Counted from the first letter of the stretch, positions 1-13,343 are shown. The stretch: 64,000 bases of DNA from Azolla caroliniana (GCA_043228905.1 JBHGNT010000007.1:12152001-12216000); one strand, 5' to 3'. Notes: a model not told the origin generated them from the sequence alone. A program made the numbers and translations.

Positions 1-149
1 TAGCTGTAGTCGGCCTTTCTGCGTTTCTTTCATCAGAGGGTGCCGCAACGTGAAATCCTCGGGCAGTTCTATACAATCAAACAGTTGCCGGCCGAGACTG
101 TAGCGGACTTCAGTTTACGCTTCCAAAATCTGTGGCGGAAATTAGAATA

Positions 150-3100
150 GGGCCCGACAGAGGACGAGTCTCGGGAGACATTTCTACCAGCTTTACGATG
201 ACCGATACGGACGACTCTAAACAACAATAGCGTGAAAGGAGAAACAACTGATATGGTCATAGAACGAGCACTACAGCTCGAGCTGGACGAAGAAGAGGAA
301 AGGTTTTCCATGTCCTCCTTACAACAAGCATTACCTGAAGACGAGGAACGACATTTTCGCCAGGCAATCCACTGCACGATTTACCTCAACTTTGGGCATT
401 CCGTAGTGGAATCCAACATGCCAATCCACCCCCTAAACTGTCACTCGAAAGCACACACGGTCGAGTAGTGTGAGTACAACATGTTGAACAGACCCACGCC
501 CACAATACAAAGCGTGGAAACACAGTGACCACCGCGTCGTAATGAGCAAAGGCGCCAAGAAGAAAGACCCCGGTATACGGATTGGAACCCACACGATGTC
601 CGGCACTACCGGAATCTCCGGAATAACAACGATTACGAGGAAGAAGATCTGGAGGGCGAAGACTACCGGGGCAACCACAAATATAATAAGTGAGGCCGAT
701 GCTACAAATGCCCGACGAACAAATGTGGCGGCTTCAATGGGCCTCGTGGGAAACATTGTTAGCATCGGGACCAACGGCGGTACGCCGAAAGTTCGGATGA
801 TGACCGGCACCAAGAGCTGTGCTAGGGCCAACAATAACCACTGCGTACGCTTAGAAGAATGAACCAAGACCGGGAGGAGCAAGTCACACATGGGGATAGG
901 AACATGCCACCAACTGCCGAGAAAAGCGAATCCAGCGTCCATTGTTTCGTTTGCCAACAACCCGGACATTACGCCATGCAATGTCCACTATGCAAGGGCA
1001 AGGGGCCCGCAGTCAACACGATTATGGCAGAAGTTCAGTAAGTTACGACAAGACAGAAAACTAAAAATGTTGATTGGGCCGCGCAAGATGAGATATGTCA
1101 GACGGCCCAAGCATGGGTCGAAAAAGCGAACACGGCAAATACGGAATGCATGCGGTAGGAGTCCGCGAACAATGTGGGGCCATTGGAGGAAGATGTAATA
1201 TCTCCAGATTCCATATGGCAAGCACTGGCAGGCTGCAAGATAACACTAACCATGGAGAAGCTACTTCAACTAGTCCCACGGTTCCGCCAGGCCGTAGAGG
1301 ATCGCATAACGGGCAGACCTAAGGTAAGCGTCTCCGCCAACTTTACGGACACCCGCGCCGGACCAACGGTGGTGGATCACCACAATCCGGCTATTAAGTT
1401 GATATTACATGGTCAGGAAATCACAGGATGCGTAACCGATTGGGAAGACATGCGAACAATTGGGTATTTCAGAATGGCAAGCTTGCCTGTTTTGGCTTCA
1501 CATGGCGGATACCCGCTCAGTAAGGCCTTTAGGCTTAATACGAAAATTAGGCGTTATGATTGGCGGACATCGCTTCGACGTCTCGGCGGTAGTCCTCGCC
1601 CTCGACGCCCCAGGAGCATATCCTATGCTGCTTGGCAGACCTTGGCTTCGTTCAGCGAATATCAAACAGAGCTGGCAACATAAATGCATTAATTTTCGAC
1701 GCGGACGCACCAAGTTCACGTACCCATGGAGGAAATGGAGATACAACCCAAGGGCATAACACCATTATACGCGGAAGATATAAATATGTTGGCACCCCCG
1801 AATCATTCCGCTATTCAAAATCGCCATCATAGAAACCACGGTGGAGTACGCCACACCCACTACGCTCCACGACAAGGCGTACGAACAAGACCCGGAGTCA
1901 ATATTAGAATTAAGCAGAGCACGGGCGGCGTTCGAGAGGGAAATGGAAATTTCATGACGAGTCGCTGCCTCAGCCCTAGAAGAAGTAAACGTAGGTACGA
2001 CGTCAGAACCCCAATTCCTCTCCATCGCAAAAGAACTACTGACGGATCAGAGAGAGGCGATGATATCACTACTCAAGAAGTATAAAGATGTGTTCGCTTG
2101 GTCCCAAGAGGACATAAAGGGATTAGATCCGAAGTTCTATCAACATAAGATCAATTTAGCGACCAATGCGAAACCGGTCCAACAGCGTCGATACTGCATG
2201 AATCCAAATTACGCGGCGCGCATAAAAATGAAAATTGACAAACTCCTCAAGGCCGGATTCATTTGACCAGTCAAACAAGCTACATGGCTAAGTCCGATAG
2301 TAGTCGTACCAAAGAAAAATGGCAAAATACGGGTGTGCGTGGACTACCGGAAATTGAACGCCGTAACCATTACGGACACATTCGCTTTACCTTTCACCAA
2401 CAACGTACTAGATGTCGTCATAGGGCATGACATGTACAGCTTTCTAGATGGCTTCAGTGGGTACAATCAAGTACGCATGCACCCCGACGACCAAGAGAAG
2501 ACGGCGTTTGTCACGGACTGGGGAGTCTATGTCCCAATCATCATGATGTTCGGCCTAAAGACGGCGCCGGCTACATTTCAACAAACAATCACGGAGTTTT
2601 TTGGGGAATATATACCTGCCTTCATGCAGGTCTTTTTAGACGATTTTGCCGTATATGGGACAGCAACCGAACATTTTACGCATCTACAGCTTTGCTTGGA
2701 GCGTTGCCGAACTGCACACTTAAGCTTGAATCCCGCCAAATGCGACTTTGGCGTCACTAGCGGGGTCCTCCTCAGCCACCTAGTCAGTAAGGAGGGGATA
2801 GCGATCAATCCGAACAAAATCTCCATGATTACTCATGAAAAAACACCGACAAACGCGAAAGCACTCAACCAGTTTTTGGGACAAATACGATGGCACAGCC
2901 GGATGATACGCTATTTGGCAGATTTCGCCACACCATTACATGTCGTCGTTCACCGTACCCCTTTTAAATGGACACCAATGGAAGAGAAGGTGTATGATGC
3001 ACTCAAAATAATGCTAACACATGCACCAGTCGTACAGCCACCAGTTTGGGTGAAACCATTTCACGTATTTGTCGATGCCTCGGATATAGCAATAGGTAGT

Positions 3101-4827
3101 GCGTTGATGCAGCTCACGGAGCCGAATTGGTATCGACCAGTGTACTACGCTAGTCGGCAACTATCAACGGTTGAGCGTAACTATTCCACAACAGAACGTG
3201 AAGCGTTGGGGATGATATACAACATCAATAAATTCCGGCATTATCTGCTAGGTCAAAAATTCACATTTCACGTGGATCATACGGTGTTACTATATCTGGT
3301 GGGCAAATAGGCACTAATGGGAAAATTGGCTAGATGGATGCTGTTGATCCAAGAATTCGACTTTGTAATTCAGCACCGACCGGGCACGCAACACGTGGTG
3401 GCGGATTTCTTGAGCATACTAGATAATGGAGAAATGGCGCAAAAAGATGACGACGACTTTCCGGATGCGGACATTCTACGTATAGCAACTTTAGAAGACA
3501 AAAAAGACTTTTCCAGATCGGTGGTTGATGGAAATGATTGGTCGGGGTTACCACCACCCCAATTAAGGATGGACGAGAAAAAATGGCTAGTTGTACGGAG
3601 TCGTAATTTCTGTTTAGTCGAAGACTTCCTATATCACAAAGGTAGTTACAGCATCTGGAGGTGCGGAATATGGTAGGATGAGAAGGCAGTGGTTTTACAC
3701 GAAGCCCACTGTGGTGCGGCGGGAGGACATTACGCGGGCGATGTTATGGCCTGGAAAATCTGGCAAGCTGAACTATGGTGGCCAAGTACGCAAAAGGATG
3801 CGTATGAATATTGCAAACAATGTGACTTATGCAAATGGATGGGCTAGCCCACGGAAGTTGCGAGAATGCCACATCAACCGGTGTTGCCGTTGGATCCTTT
3901 CCAAAAGTGGGGGCTGGATTTTGTGGGACCCTTTACCCCGGCGGCTGCTCGAACATGCAATAAGTATATCCTAGTGGCTACGGATTACTGCACCAAGTGG
4001 GTAGAAGCGAAGCCACTATGTAAAAATACCGCGGCAGTCATGGCGAAATTCCTTTACGAACATATCTAGTGTCGTTTTGGCTGCCCTATCGAGCTCATTA
4101 GTGACCAAGGGAGTCACTTTCTAAATACGGTCATCAACAAACTGACCCAACACTACGCTATGGTTCACAAAAAGAGTATGCCGTATTACTCACAGGCAAA
4201 TGGCTTGGCTGAATCCACGAACAAAACATTACAAACTATCCTCAAAAAGATAGTCAATGAGAACAGAATAGATTGGGATACCAAATTGCATAGCGCATTA
4301 TGGGCATATCGAACCAGCTATAAGACCACGATACAATCCACGCCTTTCAGGCTAGCATTTGGGCTTGAGGCCGTAATGCCCGTCGAATTCCAGGTACCTA
4401 GTCTGCAGATTCAAGTACCAGAACGGTTGCCATAAGGCAAATCCAAACAAATACGACTACAACATTTCTTAGAACTAGGCGAAACCCGGGTATGTAGTAT
4501 GGCCATATTGGAACAAGAGCAGCGGCGGCGCAAAGCATTCGTGGACCGACATCGGCATGCGCGTGAAAAGGATTTTACGGTCGGGAAGGCGGTATTAGTT
4601 TTTCAAACACGCATGGGGCAAATGCCAGGAAAATTAAGATTCCGTTGGACAGGCCCGTACTGGATAGTTGGAGTGGAAAACGGCAATTTCAACTTGGCAC
4701 CTTGGCTGGAGAGGTGCTCCGACAAAAGGTGAATGGGTTTCGCTTAAAACCCTACCTCGGGCCTACGCCACTTAACCCGTTCCCCGTCGGACGGGACAAA
4801 GCCGGCAAATCCGCAGAGAAAGTATAG
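150..4827 (+). pseudogene. gag-pol of element A, with several stops and frameshifts
   Basis: ORF pieces 859-1041, 1174-1759, 2060-3310, 3317-3676, 3866-4435 and 4499-4827 are collinear with the gag-pol of element B. Start is approximate. Confidence 0.9.
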
Positions 4828-5157
4828 GGCCCTACTTGTACTATAGTGTAAAAATTATATTGTAAGAGAGAGAGGGAGAGAAGATAACGATGCTATTAAA
4901 AGGACTTGATGCATGCACAAACTTCTAGAGCAAGAACACGCGGCACCACGACGGCTCACAGACCAATGAACCCTAGGCCACAAAAAGAAGAAAATAGAAG
5001 GTTTTCTGCACATTACAAAAACCAACATTCTAACTCCCATAGCTCTCATTGCTCTCATCGCTCCCCTCACACCCCTTCCTCTCCATCCTACCACAGAGCC
5101 CAAGTTCGCCATAGCCAGCGTACCTCACCCACTGTCCACGAGTCTCACCCTCCTACG

Positions 5158-7790
5158 ATGTCGATCCCTATTTCTGCCGCCTTGCGTAGATGGCTCGTCG
5201 AGAAGCGTCTGGATGGATACATCAAAGTCGCTGAGGCACCTGCTCATCCTGAAGCCCTGGACATCGCCAAGAAACTCAATATAGACACGATCACCAACTC
5301 ATCCATTCGGAAGAAACTTAACCGGTCATCGCTCGGAGAAAGACATTTTGACATTCCTCCTGCGGAAACCTTGCAGAGATATTTCGAGGCATATTCGGCG
5401 TCCGCCAAGGCATACAGGAGGAAGGAAATCCCCGATCCCTTCTTCTGCGAAATAGCCAAGTTCTTGTTGGAAGTCGGATGCGTGCATATAAATGCCTATG
5501 GGATACCAAAACAGAAGGCGGGCATCATCATTGATCCCTTCGAAGGGCATGCGGTCGATTGGGGGGTCATTACGGGACCAGCGTTATAGGAAGGCTTGCA
5601 CGCATATCAAGGAGGAAAAAAGCTAAGGCCAATCATACAACAGTATCAGACAATACTATTTCCACCCCGGGGTTTGCCCGCACCACAGCCCAGCAAGCCC
5701 ATGCCACCACTACGTTCCGCAAAACGGAGGTTAGCGGAATTGGCCAGCACAGAATGGGAAGATGAACCCCAATCGGCTCAACCCAGCACGCAGACAACAC
5801 ATGAAGAACGGCCGGAGCGCAGTGAAGAAGCACCGCAGCAACGTCAGGAAAGCCCGAGGCCGAAACGGCGGAGGCTGAACAGGAAAGATGGGCGTAGCCT
5901 CGTTAAAGACATACTCGCGACCATAGAGACGATCGTCGTAGCTACGGAGCCCAACACCACTTTCGAAATAATCTGAGAACCATGGCCGATCATTACGGCC
6001 CAGTCTTAGCGGGGGAAAGGCGTATTTACGGCAGAAAGCGAGGTCATGAAGTATATGGACATTCCGGGCACATCCCACGAGTTCGGCACACTATTACAGT
6101 TTGGCACTACTTACGAACTCATGGAATTTTTGGCAACGCAACAAATAAAAGTCTCACAACGAATGGATGAGGAGCATGCAGAGCAACAAATGATTAAGCG
6201 CGCGCTACCACAAACAACAGAAAGCGATGATAAGGGGCTGCTAGCCAGACTAGGCAGACAGCGGAATGTCGGGATACACCGAATGGGAATTGAACTACCC
6301 CCATTAAACGCGACCCTCATCGAGGTTCATAGGGAACTGGCAAAGGTCGGTCTTGGCGCCAAGGATACAACGATGAAAAATAAAAATGTCTGGAAAACGG
6401 TTAAATGGAGCCAAGCTGAGCTACAGAAGGCCAACGAACGCATCGCAGAGTTGGAACGTAACGCGACTACGGATCATCAGGCATCTCGACCACAGACAAC
6501 GCCGCCGAGGCCCAGTCCCTAAGAGAGGAGATTGAAGCACAGATCGTCATTGCCTCAAAAGAAAAGAGGATCGTGCAGCTGGAGGAATCGGAGATTGACT
6601 GCCTCCGCTCCAAACTTCACCAATCCTCTGACAGAGAAAAGGACATCCGGGCCAACGGCCGAAAGGCAGTGAAGACCCTTGAAGAGAAACTCGTAGCGGA
6701 GATAGCACAACACACCCGCACGAAAGAAGAAAACTCCAAACTATGGGAGGAAGCGCAAAAATCGGAAATGGTGATCACGGGAGTCCGGGCATTATTGGAA
6801 AAGAAGGAAGCATGGTTCGACGAATAGCTTGTACATGAACAGGAGAGGAGGCATCAACTCGAAATCCTCCTGAGAAATGAAATGGGAAAGTTGGAGGAAT
6901 TACATTCGAAGGAATCTCAGCTATGGGCAAGAATGAGGAGCAATTATGAGGAAGCGGCGACGGTTAGTAAATAGGAAATCGAAAACCTCAAGAAAACCGT
7001 GGAAGAAGCACGCAACCGCTACCAAGCAATAACCAACCACGTGCGCATACTTCTTCAAATAAATTAGGAGAGGTTTACGGCGCAATTACAAGTGGCGCTA
7101 GACAAAGTCTGGATGGCGTGGGCTGCACAAGCGGTGGAGTTGCATACTTACCGGGCGGACTAGGAGAACCAAAGAAAAGACGGCCGAGGTTTCTACAAAC
7201 TCAATGAGGAAAGCATTGCGGCAGTACGCGAGGACCTAGCACAAGATTATCGCACGCTAGCAAACCAACACTCCGAGGAACTCGCGCAACTACTAGACGA
7301 TTTTGGCGAAAGTCAAAAGGACATGTTTCACCAAATCATGCAAGCCGGCAGCACGCGACCAAACGAGGAATCCATCGCGATACAAATGAAGGATACTGCC
7401 GAACGAGAGGAACCTCAGCCCACGTCACTGGAATCAACCACTACCATAGGCAGCACGGAACAATAAGCGGAACCACCCGCGATACTAGAAGGTGAGACCG
7501 CCGAACAGGATGAACCTCAGCCCCATTCACCGGAGCATACGACTATGGCCGACAACACGGAGGAAGTTACAGACAGGATAGAGCCTCAACCTCCCGCGAG
7601 CCCAGTAGAACGAGAGGAGCCAGCAGAGCCCGGACCGCCCACACAGGGAGACCTTAACACCACGGAAAGCCCCACCGAGCACGTACAAGACATGGAACCG
7701 TGCAACAACGCGCCTATGGACACTACATCGTCCCCGGACCAGGACATCTGGGCGGAACCAAACATCCGGGCCATTTTGGAGGAAGATTAA
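5158..7790 (+). pseudogene. Additional post-pol ORF of element A (~875 codons): globular N-terminus, coiled coil, acidic tail
   Basis: Starts MSIPISAALRRWL at 5158 and ends EPNIRAILEED* at 7790. Aligns with the extra ORF of element B (e.g. FFCEIAKFLLEVG vs FFHEVANFLLEVG). Confidence 0.8.
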
Positions 7791-7820
7791 AGGACTGGTT
7801 CTGACGTGCCATGGCACTAT

Positions 7821-7835
7821 CCCACAGGCGTGCCA
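7821..7835 (-). promoter_or_regulatory. Antisense PBS-like motif (TGGCACGCCTGTGGG on the minus strand) at the PPT position of element A
   Basis: Plus strand reads CCCACAGGCGTGCCA-GG-TGTTG (LTR start). Identical 15-mer in element B. Confidence 0.8.
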
Positions 7836-7837
7836 GG

Positions 7838-8246
7838 TGTTGTTGGCCGGAATAGGAAGCGACGGACAGAAGCGAAGAAGTATTGTAATATAGTAAAAGC
7901 GTAAGAAACGTATGTAACGGTTCATGGGGGAAGCGTGAACAGCTAAAAGACCCTGTTTATATAAAGGGCAGAAAACCTCTTTAAGAGGTAGCATGCAATT
8001 TTGGTGCATAGAGAGTTATTGTAATAGAGTACTATCTTCTCTTATTTCTGTGCATATCTGTGGTTGATCTACTATGTTCTTTGATTCTCTGTGGTGTATT
8101 GTAATCGTAAGGGCGTAGGCATAAGTGCGGGTACTAGGGCACTGTCTAAGGAGTTCGGTTGTAGCCATCTCCCTTATACGCTACGAGGATACGGGGAAGT
8201 GCCCTGTTACGTATTACGGTACGACGATACCATTCTTTGCAACGCA
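7838..8246 (+). repeat. 3' LTR of element A (right boundary approximate)
   Basis: Begins TGTTG, has TATATAAA near 7958, and its start resembles the start of element B's 5' LTR (ccgga..ggaagcg.cgga). Confidence 0.65.
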
Positions 8247-11200
8247 GTCACCTTGAGGTCTAGGTTGAAGGAATGACTGTAGACCGTGTTCCTAATCGGT
8301 AACAGTCGACTTGCTCGACCACGAGAAGGTGGGTGTCCTCTTGCAGACGGATGAGGGTCTTATGACCAACTAGGCAATGGTTAAAAGAGTTTGTAGCCTT
8401 TTCGACAAATGGCGTGATTGGAACGATAGAGGGTCGTCAACGACCGGCCCGGGAGAGCCCCAACGAGGAACGGAATATGTCGGCGCTGCTTCAGGAGTCT
8501 GGGAAGCGGTTCGCGCGACTCTTGACACTAGACCGGACTGTGCTTGATACGAGCAAGGTCATGTTGTTTGTGAGGTCGGTCGACTTGCTCGACTGCGAGA
8601 AGGTGGGTGTCCTCTTGGAGCCGAATGAGGGTTTCACGGCCAACTAGGAAATGGTTAAAAGACTTTGCAGCGTTTCGACAAACGACGTGATTGGAATGAT
8701 ACAGGGTCTTCGACGACCGGCCCGGGTGCCGGGAGGAAGCTGGAGGAACCCGTTCCGATAAGAACAGACGAAACGAGATGGTGGCTTGAGTCGGCCAATG
8801 TGGTCGTCGAACCATCTGGGTGTACAGCTCTTGAGGAGCTTACCAAGATGGTGCGCGATCTCCAGATTAGGCTGAGAGGGACGGCGGGAGTCAGTCATAC
8901 GACCGGAGGCCGTCGTTCGACCAGAGGTGTATGTGGTGCGACGTTCCCAAGTCGACCGCGAGAAGGTGGGTGTCCTCTTGGAGATGAATGAGGATCTCAC
9001 GGCCAACTAGGCAATGGTTAAAAGAGTTTGCAGTCGTTTCGACAAACAGTGTGATTGGAACGATACAGGGTCATCGACGACCGGCCTTGGTGTCAGGAGG
9101 AAGCTGGAGGAACCGGTTCCTATAAGAACGGACGAAACGAGATGGTGGCTTGAGTCGGCCAATGTGGTCGCTGAAACATCTGAGTGTGCAGCTTTTGAGG
9201 AGCTGACCAAGATGGTGCGCGATCTCCAGATTAGGCTTAGAGGGACGGCGGGAGTCAGTCGCACGAGCAAAGGTCGCCGTTCAACTAAGGTGTATGTGGT
9301 GGGACGTTGTCGACCACGTCCGGAGGGACTATGCCGATTTCCCTGAGGCACTTAAGAGTAATGTGGTGTACCTTTTGAACGGTTGGGTGCATGCCAGTGA
9401 TACGCGAAGAGCCCTGGAGGTAAATACCAGCTGGGGTGGGATGAAGAGGATAATGGAGGAAGTCGCGGACCGGGAAGCCGGGGTCATTCACTATTCAGTG
9501 TTTGCAGGGATCCGTGTGGACGGAGAAAAGGGCATAGGATCTAGAAGCAATACCGGACTCTGGTCACTTGTGCTAGAGGGTCTGTCTGGTGTGAGGCTGA
9601 GGAAGGAAGAGGCGAACCACGCTGAAAAGTGGGTCCATGATGGCACCGGATAAAACGATCCAGTAGAAGAGAAAACCGGCTTCATGGAAGCTGCGTGCCA
9701 GAACTACGAGGGTCTGGTTGAAGAGATGCGGGCCAGGAAGGCCGAAGGGGCTGGACCCTCAAACCGGTATGAGACCTGGAGTGGGCTGAAAAGGAATGAC
9801 GGAGGCCAAGCCGGCTCATAGGAGAAGACGAAGTTGCCGGGATTTCGGTTGAGCTCGGAGATAGAGAGAGCAATGGACCTGTAGAAGGTCTTGGAGGAAC
9901 AACTCCTCGACAGTCAGGTGGATCTCACCCTGAGGGAGGTGCTAGGGATAGCAAAGAGGGAATTCCATGATTCCATCATGGACCTAGTAAAAAGGAATCG
10001 GCTCTCAGTGGAGCTAGAGCCGGAGAAGCCGGTTGAAATAAGGGCGGCCCACATCAAAGAGGTGGCGACGGAAGAAGAGTTTCTGGATAGCCACTATATG
10101 AACCCACACTGGGCCAGTGAGACGACGGAGACCACGGTCCGGATCGGGGAGGTGAAGGAGCCGGTGGTGGCATTGATCGACCATGGATCGGAAATCAATC
10201 TCATGTCGATGGACTTCTATAAGATACACGCATCGACCCACACTACCGAAGAGCTTCACGGGGCTTGTCCAAGTAATGGTGGGCGATGTCGAAATAGACC
10301 AGCATTTCTTCGTGCAGGAGACATCCTCCCACCCGCTGATTCTCGGAGAACCTTACGTTATGGCGGCTCGTACAGAAAAGAAGGTGTTGGACAACGGTTT
10401 GGTGTACACAAGGGTAAAAAGTCAAGACTGTAAGCACTTTGTCCAGTTCTTAACGGTAAGGCTGAATCATGAACGAAACTAAGATTCTCTCAGCGGCGAG
10501 AGCCAAGCGGACTTTTAGAGAGGACTATCAAGGCGTGTACCATAAGTAGCCCCACACATGTATGATAAGTAGGAAATTATGGCTCTCCGGAAATAGAGGT
10601 TGTACTATAGCCGGTATCGGAGGCCGGGAGAAAAAGCAAGTTGAAAGGCATCTGAAGGCATGCAGAGCCTTGGACCCTGACGACTCGATTAGCAGCGCCG
10701 TCGAGGCGGTTTTATTCGATGACACCCTCGGGGAAATCAAGAGGGTAGTCAAGGAGGATCATAGTGAAGACCAAGTCATTCCGATGAATTCCATCGAGAT
10801 GTACGAAGTCATCGCGAAATTCAAGAAGATGATCGGGTTGGATCATACCACCCGAGTAGACACCATGTACAAGACTATGGACCGGAAGGTGAGGCCAGTC
10901 ACAGCTCCCTTGCCGGAGGACAGTTGGGAGAGAATGAAAGGGGTAGTTGTCGACCCAAGTTTATGAGATCCGGTCGGCATAGGACACTAGTTCACCGACG
11001 AGACAATGCAGAAGCTCAAGGTCGGTGGGGGTGGCTTCCTACTACCCGCGGAGGGGAACCGGTTTCGAAGGATGCTCGAAAGGCACGGGAAAGCCGTTGC
11101 ATTCTCACTAGGGCAGATCGGTTGCGTCAACCCGACGATTGTAGAGCCAATGGTGATCTTCACAGTGCCGCATGCACCGTGGAACCTCAAACTGATTCTG

Positions 11201-12250
11201 GTACCGAGAGCTCACATCTTGAAGTTGATGGAGCTACTCAAGGAGAAGGTCCATATGGGTATCCTCGAATCGTCGAGCACCCCGTACTCAAATCAGTGGC
11301 TTACGGTGCCGAAGAAGAATGACACATTGCGCTTTATTCAGGATCTGCAGCCGGTCAACAAGAACACCATTCAGTGGTCAAGGCCGCTAAACACTATTTA
11401 ATCGGGGTGGAGGTTATAATTGAGACAGATTTCCTACCGATTCTCGGTATGGTTTCGGGATGCGCAACTCCGAACCTAGCGATGCTCAGGTAGATCACGT
11501 ACATCAAGTCCCTGAATCCGAAGATATGGCAGATCTCTGGAAATGACAATTCCATGGCCAATATGTTCGAGAGCGAGGACAACATGGTGTCGGAAGACGA
11601 AGAGGTCGGCCTGGACTTCTTCAAGTCGTCTCGAATGTCGGCGGACCAACGGAGCACTTCAGCCCTGGACGAGTTCGACGAGAACGACTACGACAGGGAG
11701 TGTCTCCAGATTGGTAAGTTCCTAAGCACGTTGGGGTCGGATGGGCATGGACGAACGAAGAAGCGAGCTGGATCCGGAAGAAGGGGGTACTGGTTCTTCC
11801 AACGGAACGGTAAGATATGGAAGCACCCGAAGAGACGGACTGGAACACCCCTCCAGCTTCCGGACAAAGAAAGAAGAGTAACCGGTGCTCCTATTTGAAT
11901 TTCACGAAAGCCCCTGGTCCGGACACCGGGTAACATGGGCCACATTTGAGAAATTGAAGAAAGGTATTGCTGGTCGGGGATGTATCGTGACATGCATCAC
12001 TTCGTCACAACATGTGAAAGCTATCAAATGCAATCTGGTATCCAACACCGCGACGAGCTACACCCGACCTACCCGCCAACCATTCACTTCAAGTCGATGT
12101 CGATCGGGGTAGGACAGATGCGGTACCTGGTGCTTGCGAGAGAAGACCTGACGAACCAGGTGGACGGTCAAGCCTTAGCGAACAAGACAACCGCAGTCGT
12201 ATGCCGAGATGAAGGTGAAGCCTCTGCTCACGCAGGAAGCCCATGAGCAC
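8247..12250 (+). mobile_element. Element C: heavily deleted Ty3/Gypsy internal region of an atypical lineage
   Basis: Gag-like segment, protease ALIDHGSEINLMS, TMYKTMDRKVRPV, RT start (PWNLK..STPYSN..VPKKNDTLRFIQDLQPVN), integrase zinc finger HESPWSGH..C. The RT/RNase H core is missing. Confidence 0.75.
8305..9310 (+). repeat. Tandem duplication (~362 bp unit) plus a partial third copy in the gag of element C
   Basis: CCAACTAGG(C/A)AATGGTTAAAAG recurs at ~8367, ~8640 and ~9003. ORFs 8665-8991 and 9014-9346 are near-identical peptides. Confidence 0.85.
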
Positions 12251-12639
12251 CCGACCAGAGGTTCATCGTCATGACTTTTTGTGTGTGTGCGTGTTTCGAG
12301 AGCGCGTAGCTCTGATACCTACCAGCTCCAGTTGTATTCCTCTTTGCATAATCTATTTCATTTCATTGTATCTGATTGCTCTCTCTATGTTGTGTACGCA
12401 TCTCCATTCTGTCTCTGTTTGTTGCCCACGTTTACCCGAGTCCCGAGCCCATTATCCAATGAACGGTCCGGACCGGTCCGAAACAAAACACATCTCAGAT
12501 ATTGCGCACTCACTGTCGGGCGTCTAGGAACCGATCAAGACCGGGAACGTGACCATTAACCGATCCGGTGAATATATCCAAAAGACCTTCCTGCTCTCAT
12601 CAGCTCCTTGGTCTGAGACCCCCGTGGTCCCGCCCCGTT

Positions 12640-13343
12640 ACGACACATCCATGCGGAATACCACGACAACAGGTCGAACATGCTAACAAAGGTGACGTCG
12701 CCCAAAAAGCAGAACAAGTGCCGACAAAGGGTCGGATTGGTGAAGTACCCCATGCCGGAGTGAAGGGGGAGTTTATCGGGAGACAGATCCCTCCGGATGG
12801 GAAGAGAACAAACCAAATCGGGTGGAGTGAATGAGTATTTCGGCCGAGATTGAAAACCGAAATCGAAAATCGATTTCCCGATTTGAGGGACTATATTTGT
12901 AAATAGTCTGAATGTGCCCCTTGTGGGCTATATTTGTAAATAGCTTGAAAGTTGTTATAGTATATAAGCAATACGGCAAACTTTATAGAATGTAGTTGAT
13001 CCTTTTTGTAAATTTAGAATGAGGTAGTTTCCTCTGTAACTGTGGGCGACAGTGAGAGAGTGAAATTGTAACTCTATAGCCATCTGTCAGGTGGAGGAGA
13101 ACTCAAGGTCATTTCCTCCGAGTTTCTTATTTTGTACTTCTCCTCTATTATAGTGATATGTTTCTTGGGGTTTGTGGACCCCCGTGGTTTTTTCCCTTTC
13201 GGGCTTTCCACGTTAAATTCTATGTCTCTGATTTTTCTTTGTTTTTCTGCTCCCTCGTTTATCTGTTTGTGTACTGTGTATACATATTCGTTGCACACCC
13301 GAATACGAATGTGAAACCAGTTGTGGTCGGTCGATTCTTAACA
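12640..13343 (+). mobile_element. 3' fragment of a Ty1/Copia element related to K/F: RNase H end, PPT and 3' LTR (12774-13343)
   Basis: MLTKV..CRQRVGL..PMPE* matches the end of K pol. PPT GAAGGGGGAG is at ~12762-12771. The LTR ends TTAACA and shares the CGTGGTTTTTCCC..TTCCACGTTAA motif with the K LTR. Confidence 0.75.

Larger units (their letters stand above)
1..8246 (+). mobile_element. Element A: Athila-like (non-chromovirus) Ty3/Gypsy LTR retrotransposon, degenerate; 5' LTR lies outside the window
   Basis: Order is gag (CCHC knuckle CFVCQQPGHYAMQC), protease region, RT (VDYRKLN, LDGFSGYNQ, FLDD), RNase H (VDASD, EREALG), integrase ([14 protein letters not shown]), extra ORF, LTR from 7838. 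No chromodomain or extra archaeal-type RNase H seen. The right end is approximate. Confidence 0.9.

Noticed and set aside
12309-12320. Isolated minus-strand Met-PBS-like motif GCTCTGATACC
   Set aside because: No definable adjacent LTR or gag could be found.
12420-13343. A single 924-bp solo LTR
   Set aside because: No TSD, and an internal RNase H end plus PPT show that the LTR starts at 12774.
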